64,000 nucleotides of DNA from Candidatus Bathyarchaeota archaeon. GTDB lineage: Archaea > Thermoproteota > Bathyarchaeia > Bathyarchaeales > Bathycorpusculaceae. The stretch lies in the NCBI GenBank assembly GCA_963733095.1, contig CAVTBV010000009.1:1-64000 (forward strand), written 5' to 3'. The notes below the pieces were generated by a model. That model did not search any database. It was not told the origin of the DNA and saw only the letters and a program-made list of their open reading frames with translations. Position 1 is the stretch's first letter. Each line of letters opens with the position of its first letter. The position numbers and the translations under genes were made by a program. This document shows positions 10,373 through 19,919 of this stretch, one piece after another.

Positions 10373-10762
10373 TTGGATGGAGAACAATTGGTCAACTTAA
10401 CAATCAACCAGAAAAGCAAAACAACAATTGTTATCTCAACAGCATTATTTATGCTCCTGTGCTTAACGTCAACCAGTTTTGTCCTCGCACAAGATTTTCA
10501 GCCGCCGCAAATCCCTAACTACAATCTGCCACCAGATGAACAAAACAACCTAGACATAAACATTCCCAGCGAACCCTCCAATCCCGGTGTACCTAAAACC
10601 GAGCCAACCATAGCTCCAACACCAACTCCAGAATCCCAACCTGACTATGGATTGATATTCTTCGCAATCACCATAGCCGCCGCCATTGCAGGCATAATAG
10701 TCATCTGGACGGCATGGGCAAGAAGCAAAAAAAGAAAAACTCTCTCGCCGCAACCAACCTAA
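10373..10762 (+). CDS. Small exported Pro-rich protein with a C-terminal TM anchor
   Basis: Signal peptide, PTPTP linker, TM followed by a basic tail. Confidence 0.75.
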   Translation: MDGEQLVNLTINQKSKTTIVISTALFMLLCLTSTSFVLAQDFQPPQIPNYNLPPDEQNNLDINIPSEPSNPGVPKTEPTIAPTPTPESQPDYGLIFFAITIAAAIAGIIVIWTAWARSKKRKTLSPQPT

Positions 10763-10859
10763 ACCACCACCTTTTCTTTTTGTCTCTTCGCAAATCAACC
10801 GAAAGTTTACACGACCCCTTCTCAACCGACAACTTGACAGAACCCTGAAAAGGAAATGC

Positions 10860-10876
10860 TGTAGCGGTCGCTACTT
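10860..10876. promoter_or_regulatory. 17-bp palindromic site TGTAGCGGTCGCTACTT (copy 2)
   Basis: Identical to 9329-9345. Confidence 0.65.
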
Positions 10877-10940
10877 TACTGGCAAAAAAGCTTAAAGGTA
10901 AAAATGAGGATAGCTGCAATTACAAAATATCAGAAATGAG

Positions 10941-11723
10941 GTGTTGTCCATGGGTAATCGATTAGTCAATGATGACGACTTGCTTTTAGCAGTTGCGGGC
11001 GAGTTGAATGGTTGTTGTCTCAGCGACTTTGAGAGGCTAAGGGGCAGAGTAGCTTCGCAGTCTGGAAAATCCGCTCGTGAAATATCAGTTCAGGGAGTCA
11101 AACGTTCTTTGGAGAGGCTTTTAAAGGATGGCTTCATAAAAGTTGAGGCGTCTCAAGTTGGTCAGGAAGGGCAGTTCATAGAGTTGACTTTGTGGGGATT
11201 GCTTCGTGTTTTAGATGGCGTTTTTTTGGAAGAATTGGCTGACTATGCTTTAAAAGATAGAATTGACAAAATAGTATCCAACCAAGGTAAAAAGCTGCTT
11301 CCCATCATATTCTCGCCCTATTTCGCCAACAGGGAAATAGCGGTAAAAACAATCCGAATGTTCCTCAACTTTAACACTGGACAATATCAAAGATCAGAGC
11401 AAGACCTAATCGATAAGCTTGCTGGTTTTGGTTTCAAAAAAATGACAAAGCAGGAGATGGAAAAGATGACGCTGGAAAGCTTCGCTGATTTTTTCTTTCT
11501 TATTTCGCCCGAAAATCTCGCAAAGCCAGAGGAGGAAATGAGCCTATGGGATCGAGCATTAGCTAAAGATGAAGATACCAAACGATATGCGGTTGAAAGA
11601 ATTTGCCGCTATAGAGATAGATATGCGCCAAAAGTGGAAAAGGCTAACCAACGGATAGGATTTTTGAAGACTGCAAGCCTTGTTAAGAGCGACTCTTTGG
11701 CAGTTGCCTTTGCGAGGAAATAG
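10941..11723 (+). CDS. Hypothetical protein with an N-terminal wHTH-like domain
   Basis: ISVQGVKRSLERLLKDGFIKV..IELTLWG wHTH pattern. Confidence 0.65.
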   Translation: MLSMGNRLVNDDDLLLAVAGELNGCCLSDFERLRGRVASQSGKSAREISVQGVKRSLERLLKDGFIKVEASQVGQEGQFIELTLWGLLRVLDGVFLEELADYALKDRIDKIVSNQGKKLLPIIFSPYFANREIAVKTIRMFLNFNTGQYQRSEQDLIDKLAGFGFKKMTKQEMEKMTLESFADFFFLISPENLAKPEEEMSLWDRALAKDEDTKRYAVERICRYRDRYAPKVEKANQRIGFLKTASLVKSDSLAVAFARK

Positions 11724-11910
11724 GCATTTTTTGTGCTTCATTTTCGTCACCCAATGTTTAATGACCCCAAAAGAATCTTTTAAGCTGTATTCAACGCCAA
11801 TTGTGTAAAAAATCCCTGAATAGCATTTATCTGCAAAACATACACACAATTAACAATTGATAAATAGGATGGAAATTTTTGCGTCTCATTTAAGGCACGA
11901 ATTTTCTATG

Positions 11911-13542
11911 TTAATGCTTTTGACATAGATCACATTTGCCTTTGATTAATTCACCGTTCCTAACATTCCGCATTAAATTTTTTAGTTGATTTTCAAGTTC
12001 GAATCTAGTATTTGATGTCTCTTCTTCTAGCTCGAACCTTTCCACTTCAGTCAAAGATAGAGTCGCTTCAGCTTCTTCAGTACTATTTGTCTCTTTTACT
12101 TCTGGAACGCTATTAAGACGCTCTGACTTGTCTTCAAGAGCCTCCTTCGTTATCCTTTCCCATTCTATTCGTTCATCCTGGGTTTCAAGATATTGGATTT
12201 TGTCTAAAAGGCATTTGCATCTTTTGAAAAGCTCAATAATATGGGGATAATCGACGCCGAGATGTTGCAAAACGAATGGCCACATCTCAGGATCGGCTTG
12301 TAATTTTTGTCTCTTTCCTATTCCTCTAAGCAAATTACCTTTGTAGAAGTCATTTTGAGGTGTAAATTGTGGAAGAAATTCATTGATTGCAAGAATTCCT
12401 TTTACAAGGTCTTGGCTATGCTTAAGTTGAATGTTATAGTCCAACGTGTTATTGTAAATTTTTTGGTCATCATTTGACCAAGCGGCTTTCTTTAACAGTC
12501 TATCTTTGATTAAAAAATAATAGAAAATCTGAGCGGTAAACTTGAGGTTCGTGTCTTTTTCAGTTAACCAGTCTTCCAGCAAGTCCCGGATAGATACACT
12601 TTCTAAGTTTTCAAGTATTCGATAAATTACCTTAAATAAATCGCTGTAGGCTCCTTGTGTGTGCCAGATATCTGGAATCCCGTGCTGCTCTGGAGCTCGG
12701 TCGAATTCAGCAGCAGACAGGTCCAATCTTGAAAAGTTAGTGCTTTTCTGAGGCAAACTAAAGAGCCCTTTGATGGTACTGACAAGAGCGGCATTTTGCA
12801 TATCTACTTCTCTGATTGTTAGCACAAGTTTTATGACAATTTTTTCATATATCGAATGCGTTTTAGAATATGTTTCGGCGTATATTTCAGAACAGATAAT
12901 GTCAAAAATGGCTTTTTTAACATTAAGAATAAGTCCCTCACCCAATGTTCTGTCATCGAACCGCTTGTTCCAAAAATCTTTGTTCTCATTCTTGTTGACG
13001 AGTCTTACAGCTTTTAATATAACATCTATCAAACAAAGTAGTTGCCAATCGAACTTCTTATAGTCATTCAAGACCTCATTAAATAGCTTCCAAACTTCAT
13101 CCGAGCGTGTTATCTCAACAACATCATGCCCTTGAATTAACTCCTTCAAATTAGAATTTCCAAGAAAATCTTCAAATTTCCCCGGTTCAGGATAAATGGC
13201 AGCGCTAAAGATTCTGCGCAAGTTATAGGTTCCGATTTGAATACGAATTGGATCCCCACTTCTGACAAAATCAAGGTATTCGAGTATCTTGTCTCGTCGC
13301 TCAAAGCTCCCTCCACCCAAAACATACGCGTGCTTTTGCCTTACTATTATTCCAGCCTTTAGCAAATCATTCTTTACATAGTGTACTTCATTGCGGTTGT
13401 GCTTTAAAGTTCTAAAAGCACGGTCGGTAACAAACGGTTGTCTTTTCATATCTGCAGTAAAAAAGGTTCGCAGTATGTCATGTGCAATCCTGCTTTTAGT
13501 CAGCGTCTTCATTTTGGGGTCATTGCATCCTAATATTGCCAC
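11911..13542 (-). CDS. Hypothetical protein (543 aa)
   Basis: Long ORF, possible N-terminal wHTH, helical body, C-terminal GKCDLC. Confidence 0.7.
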   Translation of the reverse strand: MAILGCNDPKMKTLTKSRIAHDILRTFFTADMKRQPFVTDRAFRTLKHNRNEVHYVKNDLLKAGIIVRQKHAYVLGGGSFERRDKILEYLDFVRSGDPIRIQIGTYNLRRIFSAAIYPEPGKFEDFLGNSNLKELIQGHDVVEITRSDEVWKLFNEVLNDYKKFDWQLLCLIDVILKAVRLVNKNENKDFWNKRFDDRTLGEGLILNVKKAIFDIICSEIYAETYSKTHSIYEKIVIKLVLTIREVDMQNAALVSTIKGLFSLPQKSTNFSRLDLSAAEFDRAPEQHGIPDIWHTQGAYSDLFKVIYRILENLESVSIRDLLEDWLTEKDTNLKFTAQIFYYFLIKDRLLKKAAWSNDDQKIYNNTLDYNIQLKHSQDLVKGILAINEFLPQFTPQNDFYKGNLLRGIGKRQKLQADPEMWPFVLQHLGVDYPHIIELFKRCKCLLDKIQYLETQDERIEWERITKEALEDKSERLNSVPEVKETNSTEEAEATLSLTEVERFELEEETSNTRFELENQLKNLMRNVRNGELIKGKCDLCQKH

Positions 13543-13685
13543 GATTAATAAAATGTCTCCAATATTCAGACTTAGCTTTCAGTACAAACTCTTTTTGCAC
13601 TACGAAAAAATACCAATGGGCAATTCTCGGATACCAAACGTCCTCAAAAGCCTTACAACCATGATACCGCCTCGTTTGATTAGCG

Positions 13686-13874
13686 GTGCAACAATTGCAA
13701 AGCAGCAAGTACGTTAACATTAGAAGGTTAAAGACTTTCGTCTCCGAGTCTTTGCCGCCTGGAAATGCCTTAAGGGAAACGATTCTGTCCTTGGATGATT
13801 CACTTGACAAGGCTACATTTCTTCTTTGGGTTCCGATTTGGCTTAGGTTGTGTAGAGGTCAAAGTTACAAATGA
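13686..13874 (+). CDS. Small hypothetical protein
   Basis: 62 aa with natural-looking amphipathic helices; directly upstream of the 13893 ORF. Confidence 0.5.
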   Translation: MQQLQSSKYVNIRRLKTFVSESLPPGNALRETILSLDDSLDKATFLLWVPIWLRLCRGQSYK

Positions 13875-13892
13875 AAAATTGTAAAATCGTTT

Positions 13893-14360
13893 ATGGGTGG
13901 TAAAACAATGGGTAGTTGTGATAATTGGCTGTTTGGTAAAGAATCTGACATTGACAAGTTTGCAGACATATGTGTGGAAGTTAGAAAACTGTTGGCTACT
14001 AAGTGTGGTTCTAAAGAAACTGGTGCCTTCAGAGACTGGACGGGCATAAGTGAGTTTATCATTTGTTATGATAATCTAAAACGTACTCTTCATGGGCAAA
14101 AAACCGCTTTTTTCTCTGCTGAAGAAATCGAAGAGGAATGGACCAACTGCCAGCCGGATAAAGGTGAGGCCGCTATTTTCTGGATGGAAATCGAGTGGTC
14201 TCACAAAGTACCTTCGGAAGTCTGGGCGTTCATGCTGCAAGAGAGTAAAAAATTGAAAATACAGCAACTAGTCGAAAGTACCATCCGTGAATGGGGTCTG
14301 GAAGACGACAAAATTTTTGACTATCTAGAACCGAAACTTGGAGCGAGCGAAAAACTTTGA
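13893..14360 (+). CDS. Hypothetical protein
   Basis: 155-aa acidic ORF. Confidence 0.6.
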   Translation: MGGKTMGSCDNWLFGKESDIDKFADICVEVRKLLATKCGSKETGAFRDWTGISEFIICYDNLKRTLHGQKTAFFSAEEIEEEWTNCQPDKGEAAIFWMEIEWSHKVPSEVWAFMLQESKKLKIQQLVESTIREWGLEDDKIFDYLEPKLGASEKL

Positions 14361-14559
14361 AAAAAAAGAAATGCTCAATTTATCCGACTGAGCACATTGA
14401 AACAGTCCATTGTAAGTCCACATTTGAAACAGTAGTGAGTCAAGCGGCAAAAGCTGGTGATTTGAAACAGAACCTGTCAAGGTATTGTTTCAGGGGCTGG
14501 TCCTTGTCTTTTATGAAAGTTACTGTTTCAATAATTGGACCTAAAATTTTTGGGAGGAA

Positions 14560-15381
14560 TTGATATTGGGCTATCGGTTGACTTTAGAACAGTATGCTTA
14601 TTTGCTTGATCTTTTTTATGCGGGAATGTGTCTACGAAAGATTTCTCGCTTGTTTAGGGCACACTACGGAATTCCGATTTCTCCTGCAACTATACTCCGC
14701 CGAATATTGTACTGGGTAGGAGCAGTAGACGAAGCTCTACCATATTATATTGAAAAAGGTGAATACGGTTTTGAGTTTCAGTTCGGGGACATATGGGAAA
14801 CGGATGAAATGTTCTTTAAGCTTAGAAAGAATGAGTTAGCATTAATGGTGGTTAGAGATCTAAAGACTGGTTTTGATCTTGGCATAAATATAGACTATCC
14901 AGTTACAATTGAAACAGTAAAAATAGCTTTTAAAAATGCCGTGGCAATGGCCAAAAAATCCCCTGTTGAAGTGAGATGCGATGGCCTGCCAGTATATGAT
15001 AAGGCGGTTAAAGATGCGTGTGGACCCAAAACAAAACTCACAGTAAATAAAAGAGAAGGTGACATGGGACAAAACCAAGCGATTGAAGGGCATAACGGCG
15101 TATTTAGGGCTAGATTTAACGCAATGAAAAGCTTGCACAGTAAAGAAAAATCACCGCTAATAATAAAGGGTGTAGTAATTGATTATAATTTTGTCAACCC
15201 TAGTCCAAGCCTTTGCGATATGACACCAGCAGAAGTTGCGCTAAACAAAAAATCAATCGATGGAAAACACAGTTGGCTCCCTCTAATAAAACTTGCAATT
15301 GATTACAAGAAAAATATTAGCCCAAAAAAACGAAGCAAAAGATCCAAGCCCAAAGATTCAACTTTGGACTCTTTTGTTTAA
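14560..15381 (+). CDS. IS6/IS240-like DDE transposase
   Basis: GMCLRKIS HTH, WETDE, RCDG, AIEGHN, YNFVNP..TPAE; GGAGG RBS before TTG. Confidence 0.8.
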   Translation: MILGYRLTLEQYAYLLDLFYAGMCLRKISRLFRAHYGIPISPATILRRILYWVGAVDEALPYYIEKGEYGFEFQFGDIWETDEMFFKLRKNELALMVVRDLKTGFDLGINIDYPVTIETVKIAFKNAVAMAKKSPVEVRCDGLPVYDKAVKDACGPKTKLTVNKREGDMGQNQAIEGHNGVFRARFNAMKSLHSKEKSPLIIKGVVIDYNFVNPSPSLCDMTPAEVALNKKSIDGKHSWLPLIKLAIDYKKNISPKKRSKRSKPKDSTLDSFV

Positions 15382-16545
15382 CTCTGAGCTGGCTTCGATT
15401 GGTGTTTTCCCTCCGAGAGCTGAGTGAGGACGCTTGGAGTTATAGTATAATCGAAGTCCATCGAGAAGTTGGGCTGAAGAAGACAGATTGTCTAGTCTTC
15501 GGAAGTTTTTTATTCTCGTTTTAAGAGTTCCGTTTACTCGTTCAACTAAGTTGTTGTTAGTTGGGTCGGTAAATTTAGGCTTCGATAGATGCTTTATTTT
15601 GCAATCATAATCCTTTGATAAGGCGATATTGTAACTTTTCAAGCCGTCTGTCACAATTTCAATTTCTCCAAGTCCCGACTGAGCTTTTCTTAATGCCTCG
15701 CGTATTACCATTTCAGCGTCTTCGCTTGTTCTTCCAAAAGTTACCTCGCTTGCCAGCAATATCTTTGTTTCCGCATCCAAAGCATTCCACAGATAAGCGA
15801 GCTTGCCTCTTATTTTTATCAGGGTTTCGTCCACATGCCACGTTTTCCCAACATGCAAACTGTGTTCTTTCTCCAGTGCTTTCATGTTCTTTATGATGCG
15901 CCTTATCCATCGGAATATCGTTGGATACGAAACATGTAATGAGTAGATACTGTTCATGTGGTGTTCTATCGCACGGAGGCTTAATCCTTTGAAATAAAGG
16001 TCTGCCACCGCGATTACTGCTAGAGGATTTCCTTTCAGACCTTTACTCTCACCCTTATCACCGAATTTATGCTTGCATTCCTTGCACATATATCTCTGAT
16101 CTGCAAATTCTTTGTGATGGCTTAGTCCTTTTCTTATTATTCGGTTTGAATTGCATTTTGGACATCTGATCTCTCCGGATTGAAAATTCGCCATTAGAAT
16201 GTAGGGCAATCTGTTTAGAAAAAGCACAGCATATACATGCTTACACGATTGAAGTCTTTTTTCGTGGTCTTTACATTCGCAGACCCACCGTTTCCCATTC
16301 CAATATACTTTGTACCATCTTTCCATGTTTGATGATCGTACTAAGTACGTGTTTTCATCATTTCTCTTAATCATGCTGCCCTTTGCTAAAATCGCGAGCC
16401 CCCGCATTTCTCGTTCGCTGAACTCTCTCTTTCCCCTTCTTTGTGGGTAAGCTTCACTTACAGAGCACCCTAGCGAAGTTGGTTTTGGATCTTCGCCTAT
16501 CTTTCTGATGGGGCTGTTCTTTGTTGCTTTGAAAGCTTTGTCCAC
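15358..16545 (-). CDS. IS6-like DDE transposase with SWIM Zn-finger and Zn-ribbon N-terminus
   Basis: CECKD..CKH (SWIM), CPKC..CKEC, WHVDET, VTDG, NNLVERVN, YYNSKRPHSALGGKTP. Confidence 0.88.
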   Translation of the reverse strand: MDKAFKATKNSPIRKIGEDPKPTSLGCSVSEAYPQRRGKREFSEREMRGLAILAKGSMIKRNDENTYLVRSSNMERWYKVYWNGKRWVCECKDHEKRLQSCKHVYAVLFLNRLPYILMANFQSGEIRCPKCNSNRIIRKGLSHHKEFADQRYMCKECKHKFGDKGESKGLKGNPLAVIAVADLYFKGLSLRAIEHHMNSIYSLHVSYPTIFRWIRRIIKNMKALEKEHSLHVGKTWHVDETLIKIRGKLAYLWNALDAETKILLASEVTFGRTSEDAEMVIREALRKAQSGLGEIEIVTDGLKSYNIALSKDYDCKIKHLSKPKFTDPTNNNLVERVNGTLKTRIKNFRRLDNLSSSAQLLDGLRLYYNSKRPHSALGGKTPIEASSELNKRVQS

Positions 16546-16602
16546 AAAAATTCCTCAAAAAGTTTTTTCAAAAAGGGGCAAGAAAGAACTGTATACTTAA
16601 TC

Positions 16603-17748
16603 TTATACTAGCGAGTTTTTATTTTCCTGAATTAGTTTTTCTGATGACCAGATCTGAGGAGGAGGAGTGCTTGGGCAAAGCAGTTCTCTAAGTTTTTCCT
16701 GATAGGCCGCTATTAGTTCTTCCAATCTGTTTATCAGGGTCCTAGACTTTTCGCAGTTAGAAAGCGCAGAATTGTTACATTTTCGGAGTGTTTCAATTTG
16801 TTGGTTGACGGTAGCGATTTCGTCTATGGCCCTTTGCAGCTTTCCAATGTCTATTTTGCTTGCGTTATCTGCAGCATCATTGGGCAAAACCGATTGGAAC
16901 ACCTCAAAAATTTGTCGCGCGGTTTTCCAACCGCCAGATTCAATATCAGTTATGGCGATGGTAACTCCTTGAGACATAGACACGTAAAACGGTTTCTGAA
17001 CCTCGAGAAGGTTGGAAGGCGCGTCGTATACTAGTATTCCGTAGGTCGAACCCTCAGCCTTCGTGTGTTGAATGGTTTCCGCCAAATGTGTCCCACAATA
17101 TTTTTGTCTACCCGCTTTTCGTTCCACTATAATTTTCTGACCGAAACATTTGCCATTGAGTTGAATGCTGGGGATAATCACAAGATCTGGCTGCCCGGGT
17201 CCTCCTTTTTTAAATGTCTGGTCTTTAACAAAAACCTCTTGCCAACTAAGCTTCAGTGTCTCTTCGTTTACAAGACCCTTGCTAACTGGTTTGTTGATCA
17301 GTTGATTGATGGTGTCGTTTAGCTCTTTTAGATCTCTTTGGACAGGTTCAGTAGCGCTGGTGGCTGCTTCATGTATTAACTCTAATTTTTCGGTTAGTTG
17401 CACTTTTAATTCGCAAAACTCTTTTTTGACCCCCTCAGGAAGGGTTTCAATTAGCGCCTCTAATTTCTCGCTTAGCGGATAAACCATCTTAGTGACCATG
17501 TTTAGGGGCGTTAGAGCGTTGGCTACTTGTTCTTGAACGCTTTTCAATAGACCATTAATCAATGTTCTGCTGTCCGCGTTAAGCCTCAACCCCGGAAAGT
17601 TGTTCCAGGCGATGCTGGCAAGAACAATTGCTTGGTCGAGATTATTATCATGGAAACGTTGCTCGAGAAATCTCAAGTTGTCCTCGTTTATCTTGAAGTT
17701 GGAGGTTTCGCTTCCACAAATTGGACATTTTGCTAAAACTGTATTCAT
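16603..17748 (-). CDS. RmuC/DUF2130-like coiled-coil PD-(D/E)xK nuclease
   Basis: Coiled coils flanking KGLVNE..QPDLVI..IIVERK. Confidence 0.6.
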   Translation of the reverse strand: MNTVLAKCPICGSETSNFKINEDNLRFLEQRFHDNNLDQAIVLASIAWNNFPGLRLNADSRTLINGLLKSVQEQVANALTPLNMVTKMVYPLSEKLEALIETLPEGVKKEFCELKVQLTEKLELIHEAATSATEPVQRDLKELNDTINQLINKPVSKGLVNEETLKLSWQEVFVKDQTFKKGGPGQPDLVIIPSIQLNGKCFGQKIIVERKAGRQKYCGTHLAETIQHTKAEGSTYGILVYDAPSNLLEVQKPFYVSMSQGVTIAITDIESGGWKTARQIFEVFQSVLPNDAADNASKIDIGKLQRAIDEIATVNQQIETLRKCNNSALSNCEKSRTLINRLEELIAAYQEKLRELLCPSTPPPQIWSSEKLIQENKNSLV

Positions 17749-17831
17749 AATAAGTTACTCCTTTGATGACTTATTTTTGCAGTTTTCTTTTAAATAGAGA
17801 AAAACTAGTTTCTTTCCAAACCATTTTTTCG

Positions 17832-18236
17832 TCACCTTAACGCTTGAATAGGCTTTATTAGGAAGTTTTGGGCATTCCAACAAACGATCATTCCAATAAA
17901 AAATCCCGGTGATTTGCCTGGGCATAAAAGGTAACTTACCATGTAATCAAATCTTCGCGACCGTGCTCGAGCCCTTACAAGTTCATCAATATGGTCAGTC
18001 CCTTCTTTTTTTAGAAAAAGATCCCCTGAAAATTTGAACCCTTTTTCGCTAAGAAACTTCTGACATGCCTCTACTTGTTTCGAAATGTTAACTTCTTTTT
18101 TTGCTTCGTCGGAAACGTAAATAGCTGCCAATTGAGCATTTTTATTTAATATCATAGTTGTTTGCTGATAATTTTCTTTTTTCATTATCTGGGCGGTCTT
18201 CTTGTTTGCCATGTTCTCAATATGTTTTTTCTCCAT
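17832..18236 (-). CDS. Degenerate serine-resolvase catalytic-domain-like protein
   Basis: AAIYVS..ISKQVEACQKF..G..RARSRRFD resembles the resolvase N-domain but lacks the canonical Y-x-R-x-S. Confidence 0.55.
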   Translation of the reverse strand: MEKKHIENMANKKTAQIMKKENYQQTTMILNKNAQLAAIYVSDEAKKEVNISKQVEACQKFLSEKGFKFSGDLFLKKEGTDHIDELVRARARSRRFDYMVSYLLCPGKSPGFFIGMIVCWNAQNFLIKPIQALR

Positions 18237-18335
18237 TTTTCGTCACCTTTAACGCTGTGCGTTAATGCACAACATTAATAAACAACCAACTATATAAGCG
18301 TTGTTTGATAACGATGTTCACCAGTGCACAACAAA

Positions 18336-18536
18336 ATGAACCAAGATATCGAAAAAATAGTCTTGGAATTCCTTCGGAAAGAGTATCCAAAAGACTTCTC
18401 AATAGAAGAAATAGCCGCAAAAACCGGCGTGCATCGGAACACTATCTCAAAATATGTATTTGGATTAGAAAAGTGTGGAAAAGTGAAGATTTCGAGGATA
18501 GTGGGAAGAGCAAAAATGTATGTTGCCGAAAAGTAG
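18336..18536 (+). CDS. Small winged-helix DNA-binding protein
   Basis: FSIEEIAAKTGVHRNTISKYVFGLEKCGKV..VGRAKMY. Confidence 0.8.
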   Translation: MNQDIEKIVLEFLRKEYPKDFSIEEIAAKTGVHRNTISKYVFGLEKCGKVKISRIVGRAKMYVAEK

Positions 18537-18571
18537 ATGACTCTCGGAACCCTAGCAAATGTGAAAGTGGT

Positions 18572-18829
18572 ATGGCTATTGCCATTCAGAATAGAGCAGC
18601 AATTTACATTTGCGCTTTCTCGACAAACAATCAAAAATCAATTATTTCAAGTCAACTTCAAGTGTGCATACGGTTTATTCAGAGCGAAGGATGGACTTGT
18701 TCAGACTTATACGTAGAAAGAAAAGCTGGAGGATCCATAACTTCCTTAGCACGTACTCGAGCAAGGGCTGGACAATTTGACTTAATTATAAGCTTTTTAG
18801 AATTTGTTCCTAACGGGACAGGTAACTGA
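18572..18829 (+). pseudogene. Second serine-resolvase-like domain, truncated
   Basis: RAAIYICAFST..ISSQLQVC..GW..YVE..RARAGQFDLII; homologous GMIFV segment continues after stop codons. Confidence 0.55.
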
Positions 18830-19021
18830 TAATGAAATTAGGGAATGATATTCGTTTCCGACGCGGAAGATTTCGCAAAAGGATTATTTTAAGGCAGGGT
18901 CTATGAGATGTGTTTGCATGAGGCATTCGGTTTTTAAGGAAAGCGAAATATCTTTCCGAATCAATCAAGAATCAGAAATGCTCAGGAGTTATGGCGCCAA
19001 ACTCATTCGAGTTGATTTATT

Positions 19022-19243
19022 TTGGTGAAAATCGTTATTACCCCTAAGAAGATCAAATATCAGCGTTCTTTAAAATGTGACTCGAAACAGCGTTTAGTTT
19101 TTTCATGCGCAAACTGTCGCAAGAAATTTTCGTTTGAGGAAGCATATTTAGTAGGTGGCAATGGAAAAATTATTAAGAACTGGATGAATGAAGACGTATT
19201 TGCGTTGTCGTTATACTGCAAAGAATGCGTAAAAAAAATTTAG
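19022..19243 (+). CDS. Small Zn-finger protein
   Basis: CANC...YCKEC. Confidence 0.5.
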   Translation: MVKIVITPKKIKYQRSLKCDSKQRLVFSCANCRKKFSFEEAYLVGGNGKIIKNWMNEDVFALSLYCKECVKKI

Positions 19244-19670
19244 AAAAAGCTCTCAAGACTTTTTTGGTTGAAGGCCCAAAAACTGAAACAAACTGTGCTA
19301 TTACTCGGCCAAATATCGAAATCAACGCTCCACAAATCGAATTAAACTTCGTTTGGTATCGCGCACCTGATTAGGCTTATGATTGTTCGATATTTGAGGT
19401 AAAAAATGTATGCGATTATAATGTCATCAAAAATTTCTTCGCCAAAACCTGCTTAATGCTTTAAAAGGAAAAAGACGGCAATCGACCCTAAGTAATGTTG
19501 TCACTTTCAGATAGATTCAGACCCCTTGGAGATGCTGCCAGAGGCTTATTATAAAAAAAAAGATAATCAAATAAAATGTGATACCTAAAAAGTAACGGGA
19601 ATAAGTCAATAAACTTTATTTCTGTCATTAACCAATGAGTCAACAACCTATAACAAGTGGAGAATGTACA

Positions 19671-19919
19671 ATGCCTGAAGAACATAAAAAATTCGAAATT
19701 TTTGTTAATGGTAGTCGAAAGCCTTGGGACGAGGAAACGATCAATTATGTGCAGGTTGTCAATTTGGGATTCCCTCGCCCACCAAAACCAAACGAGATAT
19801 TCACAGTTGACTATACCAAGGGTCCCAAGGAGAACCCTAAGGGAACTCTGGCAGAGGGACAAACCGTAAAGGTCAAGAGCGGTATGGCATTCGATGTCAC
19901 TCCAACTGATAAGTCGTAA
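19671..19919 (+). CDS. Ubiquitin-like (multi-ubiquitin family) beta-grasp protein
   Basis: FEIFVNG..INYVQVVNLGF..FTVDYTKGP..GTLAEGQTVKVKSGMAFDVTPTDKS; GGAGA RBS before ATG 19671. Confidence 0.85.
   Translation: MPEEHKKFEIFVNGSRKPWDEETINYVQVVNLGFPRPPKPNEIFTVDYTKGPKENPKGTLAEGQTVKVKSGMAFDVTPTDKS

Noticed and set aside
14543-16560. TTTTTG(G)GAGGAATT on opposite strands as TIRs of a composite transposon
   Set aside because: Both copies coincide with the RBS of the two transposase genes, and no TSD is seen.
18305-18571. N-terminal half of the 174-aa ORF at 18305-18829
   Set aside because: It overlaps the convincing wHTH gene in another frame; the real start is probably ATG 18572.
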